Shown here: positions 28,535 through 38,378 of the stretch, piece after piece | How positions within the stretch are numbered: the stretch's first letter is position 1 | Layout of the letters: every line of letters begins with the position of its first letter | Assembly (NCBI GenBank): GCA_048939015.1 | Contig: JBHLPW010000009.1 | Location: 1-64,000 of the forward strand | From: Promethearchaeota archaeon | GTDB taxonomy: Archaea; Asgardarchaeota; Lokiarchaeia; Sigyniarchaeales; SOKP01 | Reading direction: 5' to 3' | DNA length: 64,000 bases | Position numbers and translations under genes: made by a program | Notes under the pieces: generated by a model | What the model saw: the letters and a program-made list of their open reading frames with translations, nothing else | Database searches by the model: none | What the model was told of the DNA's origin: nothing

Positions 28535-28559
28535 TTGATAAATTATTGAGAAAGAAGAT

Positions 28560-29597
28560 ATGCTACGACAAGTCTATATAATTTTAAATAATGATATAAT
28601 ATATCAACGAAATTATGCTAAAGGTTTAGACGACGCTATCTTTGCAAATGTATACGGAAACTTAAAAAAATCAGCATTTGCAAAATTTGCTGAAGAAACA
28701 GCTTCATATGAATTTTTTAAGGTTAAACTTTCGTATATTGTGGAGAAAAATTTATCTTTGATAATATTATTCGTAACTGGATTAGGTGATGATTTTAAGA
28801 ATATCAAACCACAACTAATTAATTTTCAAAAAGAGTTTTTAGATTTCTATGGTGATAATTTAAAAAATGGGAAAAGTTCAATAATCGCTGATGTATTAAA
28901 TCCTATTGTTGATAATATCCATAGAAATTTAAAACCTAAAATTTCAATTGTAGGGTTTTCGGGAGTTGGAAAGACTACAACCACTAAATTAATAAAGTCA
29001 GAGGAAATTCCTATGCAACATATTCCTACGATTACTGGTGAAGTTGCAACTATTAAAATTGGTAAGTTGCACTTTTTTTTATGGGATTTTGCAGGACAAG
29101 ATCAGTTTGACTTTCTTTGGGAGAAATTTATTTTAGGTAGCGATGCGGTACTCTTGATGACTGATTCGACTTTAGCAAATTTAGAAAAAAGTAAGTTTTT
29201 CTTTGAATTGATAAATAGGACAATCCCCTATGCTCGATTAGCAGTAATAGCCAATAAACAAGATCTCCCAGAAGCTATGAGTATCGAAGACATTGAAAGA
29301 TTAATGGGACAAAAAACGTATTCTATGATAGCAATAGACCCAAATAATAGACCAAAAATGATACGTATAATCGCAGATCTTTTAGATATGGATGCAGAAG
29401 TATCACCATTGTTGAGACCTATTTTTGAAAGAGATATTTTAATGGATAAAGTACAAGAAGCCCTAGAACAAGGAGAATTTCATAAAGCTATAGAAATCTT
29501 TGAAGAAATTGCCACTATTTGCTTGGAACTTGGAGATGATTCGCTTTCTATTGAACTTCAAGAGAAAGCTCAAAAAATAAGAAGTGTTTTAGGATGA
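28560..29597 (+). CDS. Longin-like domain, Arf-like small GTPase and helical C-terminus
   Basis: MLRQVYIILNNDIIYQRNY N-terminal domain; GFSGVGKTT, PTIT, WDFAGQ, NKQD. Confidence 0.85.
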   Translation: MLRQVYIILNNDIIYQRNYAKGLDDAIFANVYGNLKKSAFAKFAEETASYEFFKVKLSYIVEKNLSLIILFVTGLGDDFKNIKPQLINFQKEFLDFYGDNLKNGKSSIIADVLNPIVDNIHRNLKPKISIVGFSGVGKTTTTKLIKSEEIPMQHIPTITGEVATIKIGKLHFFLWDFAGQDQFDFLWEKFILGSDAVLLMTDSTLANLEKSKFFFELINRTIPYARLAVIANKQDLPEAMSIEDIERLMGQKTYSMIAIDPNNRPKMIRIIADLLDMDAEVSPLLRPIFERDILMDKVQEALEQGEFHKAIEIFEEIATICLELGDDSLSIELQEKAQKIRSVLG

Positions 29598-31256
29598 TCA
29601 CCACGTTCTAGTTAGATTTTGAAGGAAAGACAAAACTTCCTTTTTTCCTATTGGAACAAAATTAGTACGAAACATTATCTGATTACCTTTATTTGGCAAA
29701 ATGAATTTCATTTCTAAGGTCTCTTGCGTTTCAATAGCTTTTTCTATCTTACTTAACGCCTCTTCGGCAATATATTTTGGCAAAAAATCGTAGATACTTT
29801 TTCCTATATAAGCTTGGGATGAATTTGGTAAATTAAAAATATGCTCAAGTTTTTTATCTAATTTTATGTCTTTGAAAATACCCTCAATTGATATTCTAAA
29901 AATTGAAAAAGGAATATGATTAAGAAGAATAGCATTTTGTGCCTCCGTGTGCTTTAAATCTTCTTGTTGTTGCATTTTTTCTAAAGCTGTACCAATTTCT
30001 AACCCGATTGTAATTATTAATTCCATATCTTCGACAGTTAGAGTATTATTCTCTTTTAATAGCATATTAATACTTCCAATTATCTTGAATTTGGAAAATA
30101 ATGGAATTACTGCCCCAGAAACAAAACTAATTCCCTTAAAATAGTTTTTTAGAATATCCGGGAAGTTTTGGTTGAATAATGCTACTCCTTGTGTGAATAC
30201 AATTTCATAAGGACTTTTATTTACTTCTAAATCATCATTTTGCTCAATAAACGATACGGGAAATCCTTTATGTGCCTTAATTTTCGCAATATTACTTGAT
30301 TTTTCTAATAAATAAATACAGCAGCCTCTTAGATCTAAAAGATCAATGATGCTATCTATGGTTTTTTTCAATAAATCTTTTAAATCATCGGTTTGATTAG
30401 CAATACTTATGAAATTATTTAATGTATCAATTTTTCTAGCATGTTCTTTCAATTTTACTTCTGATATTTGAATATCAGTAAGATCATGAAACAAATATTG
30501 TATAAAAAACTCATCTCCTAGTTGAATTTCATTAATATTAACTTCTAGATATAATATTGTGCCAGAAGACTTCTTTACCCTGGAAATTATAGGTGGTGGT
30601 TGATCTATTAAATGTTTTACCATTTCAGGATCAATTAATCCCTCATCAAATAAATCAAGTTTTAATGCTTTAATCCCGATTATTTCATCCCTCGTCATTT
30701 CAACTAATTTTTCAGCTTCTAAATTCGCATCAACAATTGTACCCAGGTCCCGATTTATTATAAATATGGCGTCTCGGGCTGCTTGAAATAAGGCTTGATA
30801 TCGATGCTCCGCCATTTCTAAAGTCTGAATCACAGGTTGAATAGAGTCAAAATAAGAAAAAAAGAAACCCTTTATATCTTTAAATTTGTTTTCATCTGCT
30901 TTATGATCCTTTGGTTCATAATCAAAAGCTAAGTAAGCATCTTCTAAATTTATAAGATAATTCGCAAAGCCTTCAAGAAGCTTCTTAGCAAGCATTAAAC
31001 TTATTTCTGTCTTTATGTCAGTGATTATTGTTATTAAAAAGCTTTCATAACCTCCTCGAGCAAATTTATTTGGTTGTTTAAAGAATAAATTTGCTGTTTT
31101 AATTTCTTTAAAAATATGAATAAATACTCCTTTTGTAGGGAGTTCTATTAATGAGGGAATATCCTGGATTAAATCATCATCTAATGAATTGGGAGCTTTT
31201 AAGAATATACTAGGTCCAAAAAGAGGATCAAAACGTACAAGCAATAATCCAATCAA
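29598..31256 (-). CDS. uDENN/longin-like, PAS, GAF, PAS sensor protein with no kinase domain
   Basis: MIGLLLVRFDPLFGPSIF; RYQALFQAARDAIFII...DANLEAEKL (PAS); GCCIYLL...AVIPLFSKFKIIGSI (GAF); ILLNHIPFSIFRISIEG (PAS). Confidence 0.75.
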   Translation of the reverse strand: MIGLLLVRFDPLFGPSIFLKAPNSLDDDLIQDIPSLIELPTKGVFIHIFKEIKTANLFFKQPNKFARGGYESFLITIITDIKTEISLMLAKKLLEGFANYLINLEDAYLAFDYEPKDHKADENKFKDIKGFFFSYFDSIQPVIQTLEMAEHRYQALFQAARDAIFIINRDLGTIVDANLEAEKLVEMTRDEIIGIKALKLDLFDEGLIDPEMVKHLIDQPPPIISRVKKSSGTILYLEVNINEIQLGDEFFIQYLFHDLTDIQISEVKLKEHARKIDTLNNFISIANQTDDLKDLLKKTIDSIIDLLDLRGCCIYLLEKSSNIAKIKAHKGFPVSFIEQNDDLEVNKSPYEIVFTQGVALFNQNFPDILKNYFKGISFVSGAVIPLFSKFKIIGSINMLLKENNTLTVEDMELIITIGLEIGTALEKMQQQEDLKHTEAQNAILLNHIPFSIFRISIEGIFKDIKLDKKLEHIFNLPNSSQAYIGKSIYDFLPKYIAEEALSKIEKAIETQETLEMKFILPNKGNQIMFRTNFVPIGKKEVLSFLQNLTRTW

Positions 31257-31410
31257 TAAATCTCACAAATATATTCTGACAGTTAAGATGTATAATTTAT
31301 AATAGAAATATAAAAATCAACTATTATATATTTTTTTTAAACACAGTCGTCAACTTACTTTTATTTTTTCGTAGAGAAATATTCTAATAGGATTGTTTTT
31401 TTTCATTATC

Positions 31411-32091
31411 ATGGAGGATTTGAATATATATTTACAACCAACAGAATTTTTTGATTTTAATAAAAAATCAGTGAGTAAAAAAGCTTTTGAAATTACCAAT
31501 AATCTGATATCAGATAAAGAAAAAGCTATCGCTTTATTTTACTGGGTACGAGATGAGATTAAGTATAATATGCTGACGTATGTACCAAATGTACCTGCTA
31601 ACTTTAAAGCAAGTATCACTTTACGACGAAGAAATGGTTTTTGTGTTTCAAAATCAATTCTTTTATCATCTTTTGCTAGAGCAATTGGAATTCCAGCACG
31701 AATACATCTGGTAGATTTAATTAATCATTTAATTTCACAAAAAGTTATTGATTTTATGGGTACTAATGTAATGTACGTCCATGGTTACAGTGAATTTTAT
31801 TTGAATGGGAAATGGACAAAGTTAACACCTTCTTTTGATCCTCAAACTGCATTAAAAGGTAAATTTCTCCCAATGGTTGAATTTGATGGAGAAAATGATG
31901 CAGTGTTCCCTAGATTCGATAACCAAGGTAATCTTTTTGGAGAATATCTTACTGATAGAGGAGTGCATGCAGATTTACCACTTGAAGATATTGATAAAAT
32001 TTTCGAAGAAAATTATCCTTCATATGCTTTTCATAAAAAAGGACTAAATCCAAAACAAATAAAAGATGAAATTATGACTTATAAGAAATAA
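31411..32091 (+). CDS. Transglutaminase-like domain protein
   Basis: FYWVRDEIKY, GFCVSKS (Cys), RAIGIPAR, HGYSEFYLNGKW (His); ATG at 31411. Confidence 0.85.
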   Translation: MEDLNIYLQPTEFFDFNKKSVSKKAFEITNNLISDKEKAIALFYWVRDEIKYNMLTYVPNVPANFKASITLRRRNGFCVSKSILLSSFARAIGIPARIHLVDLINHLISQKVIDFMGTNVMYVHGYSEFYLNGKWTKLTPSFDPQTALKGKFLPMVEFDGENDAVFPRFDNQGNLFGEYLTDRGVHADLPLEDIDKIFEENYPSYAFHKKGLNPKQIKDEIMTYKK

Positions 32092-32156
32092 AAAATAAAT
32101 TCTATAACCCTCTTTTATATATAATTGATTATCTTTACCTTCTAAGGTTTATCATT

Positions 32157-32837
32157 ATGGAAGATTTTAATATATATCTACAAGCTACGCAATATTTTGA
32201 TTTTAATAAAAAATTTGTGAGTAAAAAAGCTATTGAGATTACTAATGGTTTAAAAACTGATGAAGAAATGGCAATTGCATTGTTTTATTGGGTAAGAGAC
32301 GAGGTTAAGTATAATGCTTTTTCATATTACCCAAGAATTAAAGCAAATCTCAAAGCTTCAGTTACATTAAGACGAAAAAATGGATTTTGTATGTCTAAAT
32401 CCACATTATTATCAACTTTTGCAAGAGCTGTTGGAATACCTGCCCGTATTCATATGGTAGATATCATTAATCATAAAATATCCCAAAGACTTGTTAATTT
32501 AATGGGTACTAAGGCTTTTCATTGTCATGCTTATAGTGAGATTTATTTAAATAAGAAATGGGTAAAAGCAGCACCAATTTTTGATAGAAAAACTTGCATA
32601 AAAGGAAATTTTTTTCCTATGATTGAATTCAACGGAGTTAACGATGCTTTATTTGCCCCATTTGATGCAGAAGGGAATAAATTTGTAGAGTATATAGGAG
32701 ATTGGGGTATTTACGCAGATGTACCACAAGAGAAAATCCATCAGATATTTTGTGAGAAATACCCTCACTGGTATCCTAATCCAGGTTCAGATTTAATGAG
32801 ACCTATGAAAAGGGAACCATTATCTTTGAACAAATAA
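32157..32837 (+). CDS. Transglutaminase-like domain protein (tandem paralog)
   Basis: GFCMSKS, RAVGIPAR, HAYSEIYLNKKW; highly similar to the upstream gene. Confidence 0.85.
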   Translation: MEDFNIYLQATQYFDFNKKFVSKKAIEITNGLKTDEEMAIALFYWVRDEVKYNAFSYYPRIKANLKASVTLRRKNGFCMSKSTLLSTFARAVGIPARIHMVDIINHKISQRLVNLMGTKAFHCHAYSEIYLNKKWVKAAPIFDRKTCIKGNFFPMIEFNGVNDALFAPFDAEGNKFVEYIGDWGIYADVPQEKIHQIFCEKYPHWYPNPGSDLMRPMKREPLSLNK

Positions 32838-32870
32838 ATAAATGCTTCTTCTATAACAAAAAGAAGATCT

Positions 32871-33770
32871 TCATACTCCTAGTTCTCTTAGAAAAATTTT
32901 GTATTTACCTAATTTTCCACCATAATTTCCCGCAGAAATTCTAATTAAACCATCCATATTTATAATTCCAGCAATTACTTTTTTCATCGTCAATTTAATA
33001 GTTTCCAGGTCCAAAGCATTGAACACTATCTCTGGTATTGAATGAACGCCTTCAGGGACCTTAGATTCATCTGTTGATATTTTGTTTTTTAATGTTGGGC
33101 AATATGGATGATTTGTTGAAGGCCCAATCTCAGGAAAATTTGTCTCTACTTTAGACCCAGCTGAACAAACATCAAAGGTTGTGCATACATTATCAATTTC
33201 AGCTATAATTTTAATAGCTTCACGTCCCACTTTTATTCCTGAGTTTACTGAATCACAAAATAAATAAAAATTTCCACCCATAATACCTTCTGCATAAGTT
33301 AGTTCTTCTTCAATTAAGAAATCATACCCAATCATAAGCGGAATAGAAATCATTTTCCTTCCAAACCTACTTATTACTTCCTCATAACCATCTCCACAAT
33401 GACCCACATTATTCATTATATTAAATTTTGTTTCAGATTTATGTGGATAATGATCAAAAACAGCTGTTGAGGGGACTACTAATATACCTTGTCTCATTCG
33501 CTTTCCTAATTGCTCATAAAGTTTACTTTTAGCAGTTTTGCCTTTTCCAGTGACCCATAACTGTAGTATTGCTCCAAGTCTATGATCGATTGTCTCCTTT
33601 TCAGACAGCCACCTAACAATGCCTCCTTCCGCATCCCCAAAAACAGTTGAGGGTAAAGCAGTAAAACTGTTTGCCGCTCTATTTAAAAACTCAGCATCTT
33701 GAGCGGTTATCATAAGTTGACAACATAAACCCTCAAAAGCTTCACAGTAAGTATCATCTATAATAGCCAT
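32871..33770 (-). CDS. ftr: Formylmethanofuran--tetrahydromethanopterin N-formyltransferase
   Basis: IDDTYCEAF, GDGYE, GGNF, SAGSKV, STNHPYCPTL, EIVFNAL, ISAGNYGGKLG. Confidence 0.92.
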   Translation of the reverse strand: MAIIDDTYCEAFEGLCCQLMITAQDAEFLNRAANSFTALPSTVFGDAEGGIVRWLSEKETIDHRLGAILQLWVTGKGKTAKSKLYEQLGKRMRQGILVVPSTAVFDHYPHKSETKFNIMNNVGHCGDGYEEVISRFGRKMISIPLMIGYDFLIEEELTYAEGIMGGNFYLFCDSVNSGIKVGREAIKIIAEIDNVCTTFDVCSAGSKVETNFPEIGPSTNHPYCPTLKNKISTDESKVPEGVHSIPEIVFNALDLETIKLTMKKVIAGIINMDGLIRISAGNYGGKLGKYKIFLRELGV

Positions 33771-34083
33771 AATATTCTCAACTTATTACTTAAAATAATT
33801 AAAAGCATTTCAGTTTTAGAACAATTTTTTATTATATCTATAGAATACAAATACCTACAAAAAAAAATCTATCAAAGTTTTAATAAAGTGTTAGTTAAAT
33901 AGGATTTTTATGAAACTTCAGAAAAATGGCTCTATTGGTTTTATCAAGATAAGATGAATATTATTTATAATCTGAAAGATTTTGATGGAAATTATTTAAA
34001 GAAATATGTCAAATTAAAATTATGTAAAATACAAAATAGGAATAAAACAATTAAACTCAAAACTATTTAACAAGTATTTTAAA

Positions 34084-35295
34084 ATGACACCGGTAATGAT
34101 TTGGGATCCATTTGAGCGATTTTTAAGAGCCATGGCAATAACTATCTTATTCATGATTGCTATCCAATATATTTTAAGAGGGAGGAAAAGAGGAAATATT
34201 AATGAAAAGATATTGATGATTGGATTTTCTTGTTTTTTCATAGGTTTTGCATGTAACAGTTTTTTCACTTACATAAGAGATTTTGTTATACCTGGAAATT
34301 ATATAAATTACGTTTTCTATGGTGAATTTGATAATCTTAATTCATTGTATTATATACTTTCCAAGTTAACTTATAGTTCTGATTCATTATTTTTCGTATT
34401 TTTCATATTAGCTTTTGAAACGAGTATAAAACGCACAAATTATATTCTTACGATTATATTGGTCATAGTAACTATTTTAATGATGCTTCTTCCTTACGAT
34501 TTATCAAGATTGATACATCATACAATTTATTATGGTTTGAAATTGAGTTTGACTATAATTATTTTATTCTTACTCACAAAATGGTCAAGATTAGAGTTTA
34601 AGGCTATAGCATCTTTTATTTTACTTGGATATTTTATAATGATGGTTGCCGAAACTATAACTAGTCAAGATGTTAAGGGTCTAAATGTTATACCTTTAAT
34701 TCTTAGCCCAATTTTATTAATCTTGGGCAGTTTTATATCTATATTACCGTTATTTGTCGATCCTAAACATTTTACTAGTGCTACAATCATATGGAAAGTG
34801 AATGGAACCATTTCAATCATTATTTCATTTATATCTGGAGTTTTTTTTATGATTTATTTCGGTCCAACTCATTTGAATTCATTAGTTCTGATAATTATCT
34901 TTATAACTTTATTGTATATATTTAGCCTTACAATGAAGATAGTTAAAATTGAGTCAGAATCACATGACAAATCAACAGAACCAGATATCCTAGAAATTTT
35001 TACAAAGCCCCAGAAAGTTACAGAAGAAGAAGTGTCTATCTCTAAAGAAAAAAAAATTTGCTTAGTTTGTAAAAACAAAATCACACGCAGTAATTATATC
35101 TGTCCTGATTGCAATGCTTTTTATTGTTTTAACTGCAAAGTGGCATTATCAAATTTAGAAAACGCTTGCTGGGTCTGTAATACACCATTCGACGAGAGTA
35201 AGCCTTCTAAGCCTTACAAACTGGAAAAAGAGGAAGAACAAGTCGTTATAGAAGAAAAATCGCTAAAAAAGGGTGAAAACAACAAGGATAATTAG
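34084..35295 (+). CDS. Multi-pass membrane protein with C-terminal Cys8 RING-like Zn finger
   Basis: About 8-9 hydrophobic segments, then VTEEEVSISKEKKICLVC...ICPDC...YCFNC...ACWVC. Confidence 0.7.
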   Translation: MTPVMIWDPFERFLRAMAITILFMIAIQYILRGRKRGNINEKILMIGFSCFFIGFACNSFFTYIRDFVIPGNYINYVFYGEFDNLNSLYYILSKLTYSSDSLFFVFFILAFETSIKRTNYILTIILVIVTILMMLLPYDLSRLIHHTIYYGLKLSLTIIILFLLTKWSRLEFKAIASFILLGYFIMMVAETITSQDVKGLNVIPLILSPILLILGSFISILPLFVDPKHFTSATIIWKVNGTISIIISFISGVFFMIYFGPTHLNSLVLIIIFITLLYIFSLTMKIVKIESESHDKSTEPDILEIFTKPQKVTEEEVSISKEKKICLVCKNKITRSNYICPDCNAFYCFNCKVALSNLENACWVCNTPFDESKPSKPYKLEKEEEQVVIEEKSLKKGENNKDN

Positions 35296-35432
35296 AATTT
35301 TAAATCTTATTTATGAAAAAAAAATAGGTTAGCTTAGTACTCAAAAATTAAATAATTAATATTCACCTATTTACTTATTAAGTCAAAAAAATTTAATTAA
35401 TTACAAATCAAAACTATCTAAGATTTGATAAA

Positions 35433-36356
35433 ATGCCAAGAGCAATAATATTATATGAAATTGATCCTTCATTTGGCCCCAATATAATCGCAGAATATTA
35501 CTTGAAACAAGCTGAAAAAATTCCACAATCGGTATTAAAGGAATTTTCAGAAAAACATAGTAAAAAGGGATTAGTAGATGTAACTGTGCGATCGGAAAAT
35601 GACCGATTTTATTCTAGTAAAATTAATGCTGAATCTATTGACAAAGACAATCTTTTCATTGGCTCAATTTTACAAGAAGGGGAAGACCTGATTTCTTTGA
35701 AAAGCTTCGTTGAAAATTTAAAGGATAAAATTCTACAAAATTTTTCTAGTGATAGAAAAATGATGAATGATTTTCTACAAAATGCCTTAAAATCCATTTT
35801 GGGGTTAATCCAAAAGTTACAAGAACCAAAAATTATCAAAGAGACTATTAATGATAGAACAAAAGCAATGCTTGATGAAGGTAAACTAACTGAAGCACGT
35901 GAATTGATAGATTTAGGTGAAGAAATACCTATAAAACTTGCTGAGGAAGTAAAAATTGCTGAGCAATTTGTAAAAGATGAATTTTATAAAAAAGCTAAAA
36001 AAAGTTTTTTAAAAGCTGCCGAATTAGCGACATCAATACAAGAAGACGAAATTGCTTCTTTCTTAGAAAACAAGGGAGAACAAGTTGGCTTGTTTCCTGA
36101 TTTAATAAAAGAAAAAGAGAATCTAAATAAAGAAATATTGAAAATTTCTAATGATTTAGACAGTATTAAATTAAATAAATATGGCAGTTTTATTGAACCG
36201 GTTGAAAGGTTAATTGAGATTTCGCAAATCTTTGAAGAAAATGAACAAATTGAAATTCTGACAAAATTAAAAAGCGATGCTCAAAGGGCTTCTCGATTAG
36301 CAAAAGATTTAATAAATCTAGATGAAAAAATAAGAGAACATATAAAAAAAATTTAA
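35433..36356 (+). CDS. uDENN/longin-like N-terminal domain with helical (TPR/coiled-coil-like) region
   Basis: MPRAIILYEIDPSFGPNIIAEY parallels the N-terminus of 29598-31256. Confidence 0.55.
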   Translation: MPRAIILYEIDPSFGPNIIAEYYLKQAEKIPQSVLKEFSEKHSKKGLVDVTVRSENDRFYSSKINAESIDKDNLFIGSILQEGEDLISLKSFVENLKDKILQNFSSDRKMMNDFLQNALKSILGLIQKLQEPKIIKETINDRTKAMLDEGKLTEARELIDLGEEIPIKLAEEVKIAEQFVKDEFYKKAKKSFLKAAELATSIQEDEIASFLENKGEQVGLFPDLIKEKENLNKEILKISNDLDSIKLNKYGSFIEPVERLIEISQIFEENEQIEILTKLKSDAQRASRLAKDLINLDEKIREHIKKI

Positions 36357-36366
36357 ATTTCTAAAT

Positions 36367-38190
36367 TTAATCCGTTGTTTCTTCATTAGACGGAGATTCC
36401 TCTACAGGAGGTTGGTATTCTCCAATATCCTTGAAAATTAATTTACAAATCTCCCAACCTTTTTCTGTGGGATATTTCAGAGCATTTGCAATTAATTCTC
36501 CTCCAATTTCATTATCCAGTTCCACCTTATAAATTTCAGGTGTATTATTCAACATAGATTCGAATTTTGCCCCACTTGACCCCGTAGGTACAATTAAAAT
36601 TCCAAAATCAATTGCTTTCTCGGTAATTGCATCCTTTAATCGTTTTGCAGCATAGTAACCCGCTACTCCCGCACTTCTATCGAAAGTTTTAATCGAAGGG
36701 ATCTCTAAACCATACTTTTTACCATCAGCTTGAATTAAGGCTGCCAGAGTTTGTGCCCTTTTTCCAAGTTTAAATTTATATTCCATCTGAGTCTTGAACT
36801 TTTTGCCTTTTTCTTCTCCAACCATATTTATACACTTTAAAGTGGCCCCTGCGACAGATTGAGGATTTACATCGATAGAATATTCTTCCTCAGCTAGAAT
36901 ATCTTCAATTGTTTTCTTAATAACTTCACGTGGCTTAGAAAAATCAATTACTTCTTCCTCTTCAATTTCTGCTTTGGGTTTCGCTGTTGCAACAATATCT
37001 GCCCCAACTTCCAATAATTGATCAACGGTCATCTCTTCCATAACAACCTTATCTATAAATCTTCTGCAAAGTTTAATGGAATTCCTTGGATTACCTTGGG
37101 TTTTTTCATATATCATTTCAATTAATTTCTCATTTAATGGGAATAAGGGATACAATGGTGGATTTAAATTATTATCTTCCCAGAAAGCTTCCATAGATTT
37201 CGAGAAATATATTTTTAAATCATTTAGGCTAAATGGTTTCAATTCTTGTTCAGGTTCCATTCTTGATCTGAGTGGTGCGTCTGCAATTTCTATAATGCGG
37301 GGCCAAATTTCTTTTAAAACTGCAATTGTAATTACAAGTCCTTTAACTTCATTATATAATCTTTTTAGGATTTCTAAAAACTTTCTTTCAGCAGATTCTC
37401 CCAACATACGATAAGGTGACTCAAGTTCATCAAAATAAAGTATAAGAACACTATCTAAGTTCTCTGTTATGATTTTAATCATTGCGAGACACACATCATC
37501 TTCCTCTACAACCGAGTTTATTCCTAATTCATTAAGTTCTTCATCTTCTAGATCTTCACCAAGAAGCCATCTTTCTGCTAGCGCTTTTTTATTTTTATCT
37601 AATTGGTATGTTACTAATGCTTTAACACAATCAGCAAATACTCCTGGAAATTCTCTTATACCTTTTTGAATAACCTCATCGAGTTTAGGCTTTTGAAAAA
37701 TACCTTTTTTCATACCACCCCATCGTCTAAGTAATTTCTCAGAAACAATATCTAACAATTCTGCTCCAAGCTCCTCGATTATACAGGTATAAACATGAAG
37801 TAAAACACGAATACTTGCTGGAGGACTTGGAACGTAAACAATAGTCCAATCTGCGGAAGTAGCAAATTTACTGGCATCGATTTCTTCGGATTCATCTGCG
37901 CTTTCCAATTTTTTCCTATTTTCTCGTTCCTTATCTTTGAAAGAATGATAAGCATGAGTTTTCCCAGTACCCGCTGATCCTAAGATCGGAATCAGACGAG
38001 AGGATCTATCTCTAAAAGTCTGTTGAACAAGTCTATATACCTCTCGATCTATATAACTTCGGGGTCTTGATATATCAACTTTATCGGGAATATCTCCTCG
38101 TGAAACAAAAGTAGAAAAGGGCATTATTGGAGCTTCCCGTAAGACATCTAAATACATTTCCTTGTCATCATCGCTCAATTCAGAATACAT
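36367..38190 (-). CDS. P-loop (AAA+-like) ATPase with C-terminal alpha/beta domain
   Basis: Walker A GSAGTGKT, Walker B LYFDELE, LRSR, GNPR. Confidence 0.8.
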   Translation of the reverse strand: MYSELSDDDKEMYLDVLREAPIMPFSTFVSRGDIPDKVDISRPRSYIDREVYRLVQQTFRDRSSRLIPILGSAGTGKTHAYHSFKDKERENRKKLESADESEEIDASKFATSADWTIVYVPSPPASIRVLLHVYTCIIEELGAELLDIVSEKLLRRWGGMKKGIFQKPKLDEVIQKGIREFPGVFADCVKALVTYQLDKNKKALAERWLLGEDLEDEELNELGINSVVEEDDVCLAMIKIITENLDSVLILYFDELESPYRMLGESAERKFLEILKRLYNEVKGLVITIAVLKEIWPRIIEIADAPLRSRMEPEQELKPFSLNDLKIYFSKSMEAFWEDNNLNPPLYPLFPLNEKLIEMIYEKTQGNPRNSIKLCRRFIDKVVMEEMTVDQLLEVGADIVATAKPKAEIEEEEVIDFSKPREVIKKTIEDILAEEEYSIDVNPQSVAGATLKCINMVGEEKGKKFKTQMEYKFKLGKRAQTLAALIQADGKKYGLEIPSIKTFDRSAGVAGYYAAKRLKDAITEKAIDFGILIVPTGSSGAKFESMLNNTPEIYKVELDNEIGGELIANALKYPTEKGWEICKLIFKDIGEYQPPVEESPSNEETTD

Positions 38191-38378
38191 TTTAATCTCT
38201 TCTTGATTTTTTAATTTTTAATAACTTAGTTTTTATGCAGAATAAATTTATTAGTCCAAACAATTTTTTCTAGAATATAAGCTAATTAGTTTTTAGCGTT
38301 ATAATATTTAATTAATAATTTTGCCTATTAAATTTAATTGATAATTAAAGATCCATAAATTTTACGAGGAAAATAAAG

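Noticed and set aside
29595-29600. Selenocysteine or readthrough at the abutting TGA stops
   Set aside because: Readthrough would run into the opposite-strand gene, there is no redox motif context, and I recognised no SECIS-like hairpin.
36367-38190. BREX or other defence island
   Set aside because: There is only a single ATPase; no PglX, PglZ, BrxC, DNA methylase or nuclease neighbours.
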